Source of the DNA: Eledone cirrhosa
Lineage: Eukaryota
NCBI GenBank assembly: GCA_964016885.1
Contig: OZ024740.1
Span: forward strand, 95,418,001-95,482,000
Length of the DNA stretch: 64,000 bases
Direction: 5' to 3'
Below are positions 1 to 14,398 of the stretch, in pieces (position 1 is the first letter of the stretch; each line of letters opens with the position of its first letter). The notes beneath the pieces were generated by a model. The model was not told the origin of the DNA. It saw only the letters and a program-made list of their open reading frames with translations, and did no database searches. Both the position numbers and the translations under genes were made by a program.

Positions 1-560
1 ACGCACACATAAGCTCACACACGCGCAAACACACACGTACACGCATACAAAGACACACATCGGCGTTCGGGCACATATGCACATATATACACAAACACTC
101 ACAGACACATACATAGATACACACACGCACATACACGCATATCCTTATGGATAGGAATCAAGGACAGACACACTTCCAAAGACATAAACACACATACACA
201 CACCTGTACATATATCTACACACAAGTACATATACCCGCGTATAAACACATAGACAAACCCTGTCTTTTGTGGGTGTACGTACGCATCCACACACACACA
301 CACCCACTGACAGATACACACACCATATATATATGTGTGCGTGGTTTGCATGTGGGTGTGGGTTGCTTGGGTATATGTAAGAGAGGTAGATTGCATGTGT
401 GTATATATGTGCATGGGGATATATGTGTCTACACCTGTAAAGGCGTACATATGTATAAGCATACTTGTGTGTGTGCCTGCGCCCGTGTATGTGTGTGTGT
501 GCATATGTGGGTACATACTAGAGAGTGTGAACAGACGTGTGAGATACCAAACCCAGCATG
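1..560. repeat. Degenerate (CA)n/(TG)n low-complexity tract
   Basis: CA-rich 1-325 switching to TG-rich 330-545; overlapping ORFs are HT/VC-repeat artefacts. Confidence 0.8.
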
Positions 561-2143
561 GCTCCATTGCAGTGTGTCTGACGGAAAATCGCTGATGACC
601 AGTGTAGCAGTAAATAGTGACAAGAATTTATGATCACGTAGAAAAACAACAGCCAATGGCATGACACAAGTGGAAGATGTTTTTGAAGGTGTTTTTTTGT
701 GATAATACCCCAGTGAGTAAATTTGGCCCGATAGAATTGCATGTGTCCGAAGGAACCTGCAGCCGTAGAATCAGCCAGATCCATACAGTGATCATGTCTC
801 GAGCTGCCTGCCGGCGAAACAATTGTTACACGCAATAAACTGAGTCCAAATCTATCACTTATTTTTCGTTTCTTATACTATTCACACTCTGCCCTGTAAG
901 AATAGTGAGTGCTAATTTTGGCATACCGCCTATGGTAGCACCATAGCTACCATTATACACACGTATATATATATATATATTGTAGGAGGTGAGTGTTATT
1001 GTAGCACAATAAAGCAAGGCAAATATCGAATAAGTAGCACTCAACAGTTTATAAAACTGGAGTATAAATAATATAAGATCAAAAGATGTTTAAACAATTT
1101 CCATGTATTTTATTATGCGCATTTCAAAAACAAATATCATCATGGGATGATATTTGCGTTCTGATCGGATAAAATAGGAAGATAAGATATGAAGCTTAAA
1201 AAACATTTACGAGCAGTGAAGTGTTAAATCAACATATGAACAGTAAAATAAGATGGATATATGAGATTGGGAAAAAAAGGAGACAGGAGGAAGGAAAATG
1301 TAAGGAAGAGGAAGAAAGAAAATAATAATAAAAAATATATATATAATATTAAGGAAAGGATGACGGAGGAGGAGTATAAGAAGGAAGGATGAGGGAGGAG
1401 GAGAAATGAGTGAGATAGAGAGAGAGATAACCTTTAATACTGAGAAACACTGTCTCACAGAGAGAAATTTAAAAAACCGTGGTAAGATAATACATAATAA
1501 AAAAAAATTGAAATTAAAATTTAATGAGGTTTATGAATGGTGATGTTTATGATTAAAGAAAAAGGAATTAAGAATAGTATTTATTTAAGGTTTATATATT
1601 GAAGGGTTTAATAATATGTGCGAAAATATGTATTATTAAAATAAAAAAAATATTAAAGAGATAATGTGAATGAAGAAAAGGTTAAATGTCTTATGAACTT
1701 AGAGGAATTGGTTAGGGTCTAAGTATGTTTCTATGTATTGTAATAGGAAAAAGTAAATAATAGGTTTAATACGAGCACGGAACGAGAGAAGAAAGAAGAA
1801 CATTTAATAAAGAAAAATATATAACGTCAAAAAAAATATATGTTTACAAAATGTATTAATTGTAATATTAGTATATATTAAAAATATAGTTCGTATGGCC
1901 AAGAATATAAGGAAAATGCTATATTGAGTTATAATATGAATTAAGAAATAATTGAGAAATAAAAGTTATAGATTAAAGATTAGAAATTAAAAAAGAAAAA
2001 AATGATAAAAATAAGAAAAATAGGGGACCGTTAACGACATAGAATGAGTAAACTGTATAATATAATATACTGAAAAAAGGTAGACAGATGGGTATATTTG
2101 TAAAAGATATAAAAGCGTTTGAGAAAAGAAGAGTTTAAACTAA

Positions 2144-4020
2144 TTAGGTAGTAATATATGAGCTGTATACTTTATGGAAAGTTCTATGGGATTTATGCAA
2201 GCAGAGCGAAAATAAATCCGTACGTCTATTTATTATAGAATTAAAATTGGAGATAATGGTAAATTTCCCAGCTAGGCAGGGATTACATGTTCTGGATAGG
2301 GAAGAATTCCGGTAAGGAGAGGCGTTAGAAACCTTCCTCCAAGAAATGTTGTAGTTAATATTTTTGTCTTTTAAGGACCATATGAGTTCTGAGAGTGCCG
2401 AGTTAGTTCTTTTAAGTTGGTATTTAAAAGACGAATTGTGATTATAAAATCTTGCTTTAAAGGAAGTGGAAGTGGAACCAAAATAGGTAAAAGAATTAGT
2501 ACCAGTTATAACCTTACATTCATACACTAAATGTTTATCAAGACATTGGTTACTAAGATGATCTTTAGTTCTAACAGGGCAATTACAATTCGGATTAGAG
2601 AAATTACCAGAGTTATTAACAAGTGACCTAGTATTATTTATAGAAGGAATTGGATTGGATAAGTTATTTACGATAGGTGCTAAAGTTTCCTGATTTAGAT
2701 TGGTGCTATGAATATTCGACAAATTTACGTTTGACGTCGTATTTAAATTTACGGAATCTAGCCAAGAGTTAACATTGACGTCCGGTTTACTATTGCTATT
2801 ATTATGACGCTCAGTGTTGGATGGATATTATTTATTATTTTAATATTTTATAATTATGTTTAGAGATAATGTTATAGATGTTGGAAATGGTAGAATAAGA
2901 GAATGTGATTGTATGTTTGTTAAAGATCTTACTATAGATATGCGAGGGAGGGAAGCATTTATCTAAGGCTCTAAACAATAGTTTAGGAATATTACTAGTA
3001 ATAGATAGAGAAAAAGAATCGTGTACCAAATCATAGTTTTGTATGTAGGTCTTTTCTTTAAATTATTGGAATGTTCATAACTAACTATTTTACTATAAGT
3101 ACCTCGATGATTGGTTTCGTTACTGCATTTAATTTTATCAGGATAACCGGCTTTGGAAAGCGCATTATTATAATAATTGGCTTTAGCGTCGAAGATAAAT
3201 TTATTAGAGGATAGATTGGATATTATTTTTTCAACATTACTAACTATAGCATTTTTAACGTTAATGGGGTGTTTAGATTTAAAATTAACATAATTTAGAT
3301 TCTCATTGTCTTTATGGTAAGAGTAATAAAGGCCGGTGTAAATATTAAGGGATATATCCAGGAAGTTAGATAGTTTGACGTTGTTTTCAAATTCAATTTT
3401 TAAGTTATGGTGCTTAAATAGATCAAGTATATTATTCTTTAATAATATTAAGGTTAACAAAGTTACAGTTAAAGACAGTAAAAAGGGCATCGTCCCGATA
3501 AATTCCACCGCGAAGTTGAGGAATATTCCGATTTAAAGAATTCAAAATAAAGATACCAATCAAGTACGTCAATTGCGCTGAATCCGATGAACCCATTGTG
3601 ATATCAAAATTGTTGGAATTATCAGCTCTAGTCCAATATTCGTTGTTAAATTCCAGGATAGTTTTCTCGCGGTGACAATGATGTAAAGTTGATCTGTGGT
3701 AATGTCAGAATATTTAAATGCGAAAGATAGAGCGTTGTTGAGGAGTGAAGGCGAAATAGAAGAATAGTAACTGGCAATGTCAAACTGAATACATTTTTGT
3801 TTGTTTTTATTATTCAGGTCATTGAACCAGTTAATTACATCAGATGTACCAATCCATAAATTTAAGTTAGAAATAGAGCAATTAGAACGAACCTGTGGGA
3901 TTATTCTATCCAAGAGGGATTTACTAAACGCCCCCAGATCTGATTTAGCGGTGGCGATATGTCCAGAATAATATAGTTGGCGGTTAATTTTCAAAATATT
4001 TAATTTAAGTTATTTCAGGG
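2144..4020 (-). mobile_element. Penelope-like element remnant (RT + GIY-YIG), frameshifted
   Basis: ORF 3569-3994 has FDIASYYSSIS (RT motif A); MGSSDSAQ near 3590; YRDDA readable at ~3490; thumb FLDISL in 2963-3508; ORF 2144-2722 has VYECKV..YFGSTSTSFKARFYNHNSSF..LSELIWSLK..CNPCLAGK (GIY-YIG with C-terminal Cys/His motif). Confidence 0.9.
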
Positions 4021-5175
4021 TAAATAATCATATTGTAGGTTTTACAAGTTAATAGGTATTTTTATTAATATTATAATATAATTATATTTAATTTCTAAAA
4101 TTCGAATTTAAAATTTTATGAAAACAAATTTAAGCGATTTACGAAACACGAGAAAGAAAATATATATATATAATTTTTTATATCCTCACGAAGGTTATCT
4201 AGACCAACATTACTTATAATATTGACAACAGTTTCTATAATATAATGTATAAGATAATTATAGTTATAATTATTAAATAATTTATTGTTAAATAGTTAGA
4301 GTGCCTAAAGTATCAACCGGCCTTATAATTAAACTTAAAAAAGTCAGAATGTTTAACTATATATATATGTATTGATCATAAAATACCAAGATTATAGTTT
4401 ATTATTTGTTCACAGTTGAGGTGAGACTTCTCAAATATAAATAATATGTTACAGTAATGCAATATTGCAATATAGTAAATAATTTCCTGAAGATATTGTT
4501 CAAAAATATATATAGATAAGAATATTGTTAAAGAATTAATGTTTTATATCAATTATTTTCATTTAGATATAAGTCAAAACGATATGAGTTCTAATGATAG
4601 GGGCTAGATACAAAATAAATATACAAATAAAAGATAATGAATTATTTGTGAAATTTAAAGTTGCCCAATATTAGAAATAAATGCAATAGCGTTTTAGTAG
4701 AGTATAGAAAAGATATCTCTAAAATATTTTAGCGAATCTAAATTTAATTAAAATCTAATCTAAATTTAATTAAAATAAAATAAAACAAAATAAGTTAAAT
4801 TAAATTATATTATATAAGTAAATGATTATATAAGTTCGACCTTATAGGGAATACCAAATACCTATAATAATATAAAGTCATTTGAGTGTCTAAACTATTT
4901 ATAAATGTAACTACGATTACGTTATTACACTAGATAAAGATATTTGTACAACTATATATAGATATAATTATAGGTATTAATGAAAAGCTATACATTTAAT
5001 AAAAAAATAATAATTATAATCATTGTTAATATTGTAGTTTTACCTCCAGTTCAGTGGAGAGATAGACCAATATTTGTCAGCTATTATGGTTTGTTAAATT
5101 TATACCTAGATATACATAAACAAAAACAAGTGCAAATCTAACTTTCTGAGTCTCCAAAATATACTCAAAATGAGT

Positions 5176-5211
<36 letters not shown>

Positions 5212-5589
5212 GCAAACGCATGACTGATCCACATTTCAAATTATAATCAGTAAATTTACAAGTTAAATATCCAAACTATATATTTAAAACAGAAACAGAT
5301 AAATAAAGATCTAAATCAAAGTTATAGATATCCAAAAAATCATAGGGTATGTATATCCATCAAGTAAACAAGTTAAACGATTTTCCTTCGTTCAAACATT
5401 AATTCTATTATAAATGATTAGAAGATAAAGCATTATTAATGTTGTATAAACCGTATGACTTTTATGTTCAACAGATGATAATAGATGTCAAAAATGCGGG
5501 CTGATTGTTTACTGTTTTTTCCGGATTTTTGCGAGGCTTGGAATGTATACAAAGCTTTATGAAGGCATTTTGAGAATAATCCACTTTTT

Positions 5590-6240
5590 TTGTTAATTAA
5601 ATTTTCAAATTATTAATTATTAATAGGGTCTCTTTTGTACAGAGGCCGCAGTTAATTGATATTGATGAGTTGGTATAAATTCCACTATTACAAAGCTTCG
5701 TCCAAAAGATCGAGTATTTAAAAGTTTTGTCTTTTAATGATCATATAAGCTGGGATAAAGAAGTCGAAGGCTTCCTATTAATATTCGAAAATGAGCATTT
5801 GTGATTCGCAAATCTCGATTTAAACGTTGAATAAGTTGCTCCTATGTAGTTGTATGTGTTGTTATTTGTTTTTACGGTGCATTTATACACCAGATTTCTA
5901 TCCAGACAATTAATTTCCAGAGGGCAATCTGGTTTATATCTACAATTACATTTTGATTTATTATTATTTATATTAACACTATTATTAATATCATTATGTT
6001 GATTTTGATTTAGAATTACACTGTTTATTTTAGCGATGTTTTAGGCCATATTCCTAGTTGTATAATATGAGAGTTTAATTGTGTGTCTATGAAATATAGA
6101 GTGGTATTTATGTTGACTAGGGAATGAACTAATTAAAGCTTTAAAAAATAGATTAGCTATAGGTGTTCTCACTGCTATAGAAGCAGGAGGGGAGAGGGGG
6201 GAACAATATAACTGATTTAGTTCTGGTTCTTTACCTGGAT
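5590..6240 (-). mobile_element. Penelope-like GIY-YIG fragment
   Basis: Minus-strand reading CPLEINCLDRNLVYKC..YIGATYSTFKSR; homologous to 2144-2722. Confidence 0.75.
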
Positions 6241-6318
6241 TTATTCACAGTACAGGTGTTTGAATTACAATTATTAGAATTTATAGAATTTCATTTATAT
6301 ATAGTATAATTTTTATCA

Positions 6319-6377
<59 letters not shown>

Positions 6378-6846
6378 ATTAGAACACATTAATGCTTATA
6401 TATGTGTTTATCTCGCTCATATATTCAACCATACTGCACAGCTCGGAACAATTTCTTTCTTGGAGGTATTTAATTTTAAAATACTATTTTGAGTTTCTAA
6501 CTCAATGTATGATATGTATATATTCTCTTTTTCACTTTTACCTGTTCCACCTATCCGGCTGAGGCCATGCTGAGGCACCGCCCTTGTTGCTACATATTTA
6601 TCAACATCCTGTATTAGTTTGCCACTGGTGCAAGTAGGAGTGTGTTGCTGCTGCCCTTAGGTTTCCCTCGTGCTTTGCGCTGGGCTCATTCGGGATCCTG
6701 GATAGCAAGGTCTCGAGATGTTTCTTGAAGATATCCGCCTCCACAACATGCATATCTTTCACATCCCTCGGCAGCTATATATATATATATAGTATATATA
6801 TATATATATATTTTGAGTTTATGTTGGTTGTATACCAACACCTCGT

Positions 6847-6930
6847 GTTCCTTGTTGGGTTGTTAATTCACTGGGGAACTGGAGTCATATGACTCCAGTT
6901 CCCCAGTGAATTAACAACCCAACAAGGAAC
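6847..6930. repeat. Perfect 84-bp palindrome (fold-back at the 5' end of a PLE terminal fragment)
   Basis: 42-bp arms with no spacer, centred on CAT|ATG (6888/6889); right arm continues as the PLE terminal repeat also seen at 60170-60395. Confidence 0.9.
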
Positions 6931-7003
6931 TGGGCATATCAGAGTATTGACAATATCATACACCTAAATAACATATGTAGTTGTCTATACCATACTAATT
7001 CAA

Positions 7004-7058
7004 ACTGCCTGAAGAGGTCACAGCCAAAGATGGCTGTCACTGAAATATATATAGCAGT
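7004..7058 (+). ncRNA. Type I hammerhead ribozyme (PLE family 1 terminus)
   Basis: actgc-CTGAAGA-ggtcacagcc/ggctgtcact-GAAA-tatata-TA-gcagt; stem I actgc/gcagt; palindromic stem III. Confidence 0.85.
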
Positions 7059-7102
7059 AATAAACGAAGCTAAATTTTAATCATTTGACTTTTATTTAAC
7101 TT

Positions 7103-7252
<150 letters not shown>

Positions 7253-7353
7253 CAGTTTAGTAGTCAATTACAAATATTAAGCTCTAAGAAAATACTTCTG
7301 AGCATTACATTACAATTTAAAAAGATATGATCAATGTACATTTTTATATATAT

Positions 7354-7505
<152 letters not shown>

Positions 7506-7506
7506 T

Positions 7507-7669
7507 TAGTAATAATAATATATTTGAAGACTAAAATACAAAGAGATCTCGATAATGATAAATATATAACAAATATATGACAACCCTAGAGCAAATATTT
7601 ATTAAAAAAACAGATTAAAGTTTTAGCAAATAATCGCTGCTTTCAACCTTAACGGAATCTTCAGAAGAA
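7507..7669 (-). mobile_element. PLE terminal repeat with hammerhead motif (7619-7669)
   Basis: Minus: CTGAAGA-ttccgttaaggtt-GAAA-gcagcgattatttgc-TA-aaact; related sequence at 9985-10135, 17640-17715 and (without HHR) 35190-35280. Confidence 0.65.
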
Positions 7670-9110
7670 ATGTTGTAACTTCTGTCTATTATAGACCCAT
7701 ACTATTATCTACTCAAACCATAACCTCCTTAATAAAAAAAATGGAAGTGTTCGAATCATGCCAGCACCGCTTCCGACACTCCTTCCAAACCTTTAAACTC
7801 GATATATAGCAATGTCAGGTTTGAACCCATCGCCACTTCTAGCAATACACCTCAAGGGCGCACCTTACACCACAACTCCACACTCAATGATCCACCCTAT
7901 CTTAACACAATTCGTTCCATCTATCTAAAATATTTTTACCCTAGAAATATCCCCATGTACACCTACTTTTAGTATAATTACTTTCAATTACTTAGACTGT
8001 ATTATATCACTATATAATTATATGTAAACTTTAAACACCGAATTCAGCAATGAATTATTTGTGCACACGTTGTTGTATGCATGGATTACTATCATTAGAT
8101 ATATAGAGGATTAATTTATTAACATAAGAGAACTGTATAACCTATATGTTGAGTACAATGAGTTATGTACAAGTGGTATGTGAGTTATATATGCATGTAT
8201 AACTTGATAGTTAGATTTATGACATTATAAGTGAGACATGTTTTTGGTCTACCCTAGAGATATTTAACTTTGCCATGCAATCAGCCATACGCTGACCCAG
8301 AGCTTACCAGGGGTTATATAGACGGGGTTCTAATAGGGCCCCTGATAGGTTCTGTGAGTAGACTACATTTACAAAGAACTTTGATATGTAGATCTGACTC
8401 TTCGTGTGGAATATTCAGTTGTAGCATTATGATAGGGTGTAATCATCCTAATATAGATACCTTTAGTACTTCATGATAAAGTAGACTGTAATTAAAGATA
8501 GGATACTTAAATTTGGAAACTGTATATAACCTATATATAAGGGACTCAAATGGGACACCTTTTAATGTATGTTGGAATAATAAATTTAGTTATAAAAATC
8601 AGCTAGTTACCTCCCCTCACGCATTAGCTCCCCTTAACCACACACATACTTCCGGATAATAAAACGATGTAAATTCTCGCAACAGAAACAACCTGCTCCA
8701 TAAAATTGGATTAAAGAAAACTGAGCCGCAACAAGCTATACTAATTTAACTTAATACATCAAACATCCAATACGGAATCATCGTTACTTATGTGAAGGAC
8801 ATATAAACTATATATTACGTTTCCTGAATGTGAAAATGGTGGTGTATACAAAAACCATAACATTATTTTGCTTCTCATTTATACTATTTTTCTGCACACA
8901 AGCTTCTTTATCATATACAAAACATACCTTACCACAACAACCTCCACAATACTCTTCATTACCCGCTTAAAGTGCTTGTATTACATATAACACCCTACCG
9001 CACAATAATCATATATAAATAATACACACGTGCATGCCCCACGTGTAACTAATGCATACAATAACTACTACAACTGACTAACAAACTATCCTCTTACATC
9101 ATATACGTTA
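7670..9110. mobile_element. Highly degenerate PLE-like sequence
   Basis: Short residual motifs only: YIDGVL (~8315), ILATETT (~8673), CENGGVYK (~8830); adjacent to HHR-bearing terminus. Confidence 0.3.
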
Positions 9111-9566
9111 ACTGCCGATTATATTTTAAATTTGCATTGATGTATTTTAATTTTAATTTTGCTTTGATTCTGTTTTAATGTGATTTTAATATTTGAATTT
9201 AAATTGCCATTCAGAAATAATATAATATATGCCAACCCATTGTACATCAATATATACATATGCATCTGTATGTCTCTTGCGTTGGAAAGGGGGTCATGTA
9301 TGTATACAAACATTGTAAAATGCTCCGAAGAATCCAAGCGTCGGTTTGGATGAAACAATTGTAAGCTAATAATGCTTTGAACATAGCTTTGATTCCTGCA
9401 AATTCTATATATCTGCTCTGTAGAACAACTGATGCTATTACATTGAGCTAATTATCTTACTGGTAATAAGGTAGTAATACATTACTGTCTTTCACTGTTT
9501 AGGGTTTAAAATACATATAACTATAAAATATTTTAGTATATACATAACCATGAATAGTATCCTTAA

Positions 9567-9658
<92 letters not shown>

Positions 9659-9682
9659 TTATATATATATATATACTATTTA

Positions 9683-9748
<66 letters not shown>

Positions 9749-9832
9749 CATATATTATATATATATATGTATATATGAATATATATATGTGGACATTTAT
9801 ATATGTATATATATACACACACAGACACACAC

Positions 9833-9895
<63 letters not shown>

Positions 9896-9965
9896 TGTTT
9901 CTACTTTAGGCACAAGGCCAGCAATACCCAGTACATTACTGGTACTTTATTTTATCGACCCCGTA
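9896..9965 (-). mobile_element. 3' fragment of tRNA-derived SINE
   Basis: Near-identical to 53960-54030. Confidence 0.7.
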
Positions 9966-10070
9966 TTATGTATATATATATACTAATAATACATTTGAAG
10001 ACTAAAATATGAAGAGGTCTCGATCATGATAAATATATATCAAATATATAGGAACCCTAGAGCAAATGTT

Positions 10071-10197
10071 TATTAAAATAACAGATTAAAGTTTAAGCAC
10101 AGAATCTTTGCTTTCACCCTTAACGGAATCTTCAGAAGATCCCGTTAATGGTGAAAGCAGCGATTCTTTGTCGAAACTTTAATCAGTTATTTGAATA
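10071..10197. repeat. Imperfect palindrome made of two opposed hammerhead motifs
   Basis: ~63-bp arms centred on TCTTC-A-GAAGA (10134). Confidence 0.8.
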
Positions 10198-10473
10198 TAT
10201 ATATATATATATATACACATTTTGATTTCATTTTGAGTTAAGATTGTAGTATGCACTTTTTCCACTTGACTTGTTTTGAATTAAGATCGTATTACTTATA
10301 CCACATCTTTCGTGAAAAAGTTTTCAACTTCATGTAATAGACACTTATATGTCTGAATTATTGTTGTCTTTTTGCTTACATTAATTTCTCTATTTTCATT
10401 TATATATTTTTACTCGGAGGTTAACCTGAGTGCTTATTAATATTTGCGACTAGTTCCAGTTTAAAAACGTTAC

Positions 10474-10517
<44 letters not shown>

Positions 10518-10524
<7 letters not shown>

Positions 10525-13318
10525 ACCTACATTCCGCGGGCTCACATACATTCTCTGTGCGTGATTTGGCTCAGCTCAGCCAATCAGCGCCAGTAGAAGA
10601 GGATGTATCTTTAGGCGTTCTGAGGGAGAAATAGCCCGCAAAGATTTGAGGACGCTATCACTTCAGGCTAGACCGAGCTAAGGTAAACACCACTTGTTCT
10701 TTTGCTCCGCCAGCACAAACAATATGTAACGACACAACAATTTTACTACGGAATTGGCTAAACGCCTCAGCCAGTCGACCGTATTTTCTCTTGTAAACTT
10801 AATTGAATTATTTCATTTCTCTTGGCATGCCAACTCAACCTCTGTTAATAAATAATGTAAAACCAAGCTAAAGTCGTTGAGGATATTCCTACCATATCTT
10901 TCTACCAAACCTGGTTCCTCGTGGCACCATTACAACTCCCTAAATACTTCTGTGCTAAATTGGTGACAACACTCTATCTACCAAATTGGTGACTAACTCT
11001 TGAAATATAAATACTGTCAAATTGGCGTTCCTCGACGATTAAGTATGAGAACGCAGCCTATTTGAATTCACCATTCGTTTTAATGGCTATTTGGAGTGTT
11101 CGAATCGGGTAGCTAGACTCACTTAGCGTAAGTCCATAACATTCATAATATTCCATTTGTTGAAGCACGCGGCCTGCACAATATTTATGTCATAACTTTC
11201 ATGGTAACACTAGTAACTCACGCATACAGACGAACACAAAAATACAACACAAACAAAAATTAGTTTAAAAAAAAGGATTTCTCTGAATGTGGAATTTTGC
11301 TTTCGGCGTTCTGTTGAAATTACAAATGGAGACTCAGAAATTTTGTTTTCCCGCGTACAGCTTGTCTTCTCCAATCCCAGCCGTCTGATTGGCGGCATCG
11401 TGCCACATGACGGCTTCTTCATCACGGACACATTTTTAAATCAGCCATCTTGGATTTTCTTACCATATAATTTTCATGGAAAATGATTTTTTTTATTATT
11501 CAAATTTTCTTTAGAATATTTTTTTAAAGAAAAAAAATTAGCAGTATTTCAAAAACTTTACGCCACGAGGAAATTTCAAAACGGCTACCACCAAGTACCG
11601 CCCATCAGCATCAACACATGGCTAACTATTAACCAACACCAGGGAACGGCTTGTAACTTTACCGACGCAACCACCATACTTCTGTCTCGTTACCACAAGG
11701 ACTCGAGAAATTAAGACATTAGTTTTCTCACCATTATGGCGTCAGACGTGGCTGCCATATTGGTGGCGCTAGGTTCTTCAACGCTCGACTTCTACTCTAC
11801 AGAAGATTCATTGTGACTTTGCTTTAACAACAACTCTACTAGCTCCCTAGCAAGAGCGTTCCCAAAGAAAAAAGAAGCGAACTTTTTGTTAAAAGAAAAG
11901 AAACAACTCTTTCTTTCTTCCCTTTTTTTTCAGGCATTTATTTTGGACATTTATTTTTTTTAAACTGTATTATATGAAAATCATTTCTCTCTATCATTGT
12001 ATATGTGACCACACGCACACATTTTCTTTGCTGTATTACATGCCTGCATATATACACACACCAACATGTTGTTGTCTATACTATATGATCTTCAAACGTC
12101 GTAATATTCTGCGAGATCCCTTTTCACCTTCTGGAGGTACCAAAACATGCTATCGACACTTGCAGCTTAATTCACCTGCACCGCAATACGAGTATGCTAA
12201 TTGCAGCTGAACTCAAACAGTTTCGCATCTCGTTGTACACTCATCGTCCATAACAACCTATCTTGTTATCTTACCCAGCTCACCGGGAAAACAACAAATA
12301 GAACTGGACTTGTCAGCATTTTCAACACTTCTGGGGATTCGCCCGAATTATTGAACTGCAAACCCCCTACAGATTCAACTTGCTTTTTTTCTTTTCAAAG
12401 CAACCAGCCATTTTTTTTCCTGGTTCCCTAGCACATTCGGCAATACATCTAGGAGGCCAACATTTTCTCGCCTACCCATTATCTTCTTGCCAGCACTGGT
12501 ACACTACCATAATAGCTTCGTCCACAGCTACTGGTACAACACTTACCATTAACATTTAATGCAAGAACAGCAACTTCGCCCATGTCAGACTTTATCTGTT
12601 TTCTGGTAGACCTTTGGTGGTTACGTATAAACTACAAAACAGCTAGTCATTTGACAGCGGCTCAACACGGCCCGTCGCGCCTCATTTTCTTTTTCTTGCA
12701 TGCATCATTCTGTTGAATTATTTTTTCACTGATGTGCTCTTTCAGCATTAGTTCTTGCTGATTCAATAATCTGTGGGTCCTCGGCTTCATCGTTAACGAT
12801 TTTCGGATAAACATCTGCTCGGAGGTGATGCAGTGACCTACATTCCGCGGGCTCACATATTCTCTGTGCTCAGCTCAGCCAATCAGCGCCAGTAGAAGAG
12901 GATGTATCCCTACGCGTTATGAGGGAGAAATAGCCCGCAAAGATTTCAGGACGCTATCACTTCAGGCTAGACCGTGCTAAGTTAAACACCACTTGTTCTT
13001 TTGCTCCGCCAGCACAAACAATATGTAACGGCACAACAATTTTACTACGGAATTGGCTAAACGCCTCAGCCAGTCGACCGTATTTTCTCTTGTAATCTTA
13101 ATTGAATCATTTCATTTCTCTTGGCATGCCAGCTCAACCTTTGTTAATAAATAATGTAAAACCAAGCTAAAGTCGTTGTCGATATTCCTATCATATGTTT
13201 CTACCAAACCTGGATCCTCGTGGCATCATTACTACTCTCTAAATACTACTCCGCTAAATTAGTGACAACACTCTATCTACCAAATTGGTGACTAACTTTC
13301 GAAATATAAATACTGTTA
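10518..13318 (+). mobile_element. Non-coding (non-autonomous) LTR retroelement
   Basis: Direct repeats 10518-11019 (TG..CA) and 12829-13318 (TG..TA); PBS-like TGGCGTTCCTCG at 11023; purine tract GGAGGTGA before the 3' LTR; no gag/pol ORF inside; flanked by TA-rich sequence. Confidence 0.8.
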
Positions 13319-13599
13319 AATATATATAATAATTAAGTATCGAGAGGTGATGATGTAGGCAATACATGTATTTATTTGCCAATAGCATATGCAAAGGATG
13401 TTCAACTCTTGTGCCTGCAGTGTGAAATATTAAAAGTGTTAATATCTCGTGGGCGAGAAAATCAGCAGAGCGGATTTACGTGGAGAAATGTATAAAGGAG
13501 AACAAACCGTTAAAACATGTTTATTTAAAATACCAGATACGTACGTTTAGGGGTCAAGTAAGGAACGCTTTTTAATTGTTTATTCCCTAGTGCATGGAT

Positions 13600-13730
13600 A
13601 ATTTGAAATCTTTTTTCTAATAACACTCACAGGACCATAAATATTACATGTGTAAAGTTTGAAAACAGTCGGTTGAGTGGCTCTCGAGTTTTAGTGAGCG
13701 GACAAACAGACATTCTCTGTTTTAGATATT
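13600..13730 (+). mobile_element. Helitron/HINE-like repeat end (similar copy at ~14230-14365)
   Basis: Two similar blocks (gtttgaaaa..cgg..ctcgagttttag..cagacat); resembles ends of non-autonomous rolling-circle elements. Confidence 0.3.
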
Positions 13731-14398
13731 TAGTTTTTTTTATATTATGTGAGGTAAATCCTTTACCATGAAAATAATATTGTATATATAGAGTAATGTA
13801 AATGCTAAAGTGTTAATTCCATCAAACCATGTGAGAGAGTTTATAATCACTCACGCACACATACACACTCACGCATACAAGCGCACACACACTCACACGC
13901 ACATGTCCGCACGTACACGCACACGCAATAGTTATTCCAATGTCATGTATCTTTGACTCATACAACTCTCAAAAGACGGCGTATGTCACTCTCTCTCTCT
14001 ATCCCACTATCCCCCTCTTTTAGTCTGTCTGTTTCCTTCACTCTCAGTCTTTCTCTGTGTAACTCGTTCACATTTCTTCCCTGTATCGAAAAATGCTCTG
14101 ACGAATGGGGAGAAGGTGGAGGAGGAGTAGAGAGCCACTTCTTTACTTCGCCTCTCCGTTTCTTTCTCTCCCCTCTCACTCCTCATTATGTACAGTCATT
14201 GGCCACTTCATTAATTCGATCCCTATGTCAGAATAATTTCAAATTTGTTTTTGCTCAAAACACTTCCGGGGTTATACAAGTTACATGTGTATAGTTTGAA
14301 AAAAAAACGGCTGTGTACTTCTCGAGTTTTAGGAAAACAGACACACAGACAGACATCCTCTGTTTTATATATATATATTATTATTATTATTATTATAT

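Noticed and set aside
585-625. CTGATGA hammerhead-like start
   Set aside because: No GAAA or pairing stems
4483-4520. CTGAAGA..AAAA-tatata-TA hammerhead relic
   Set aside because: Core G12 missing and stems poor in very AT-rich context
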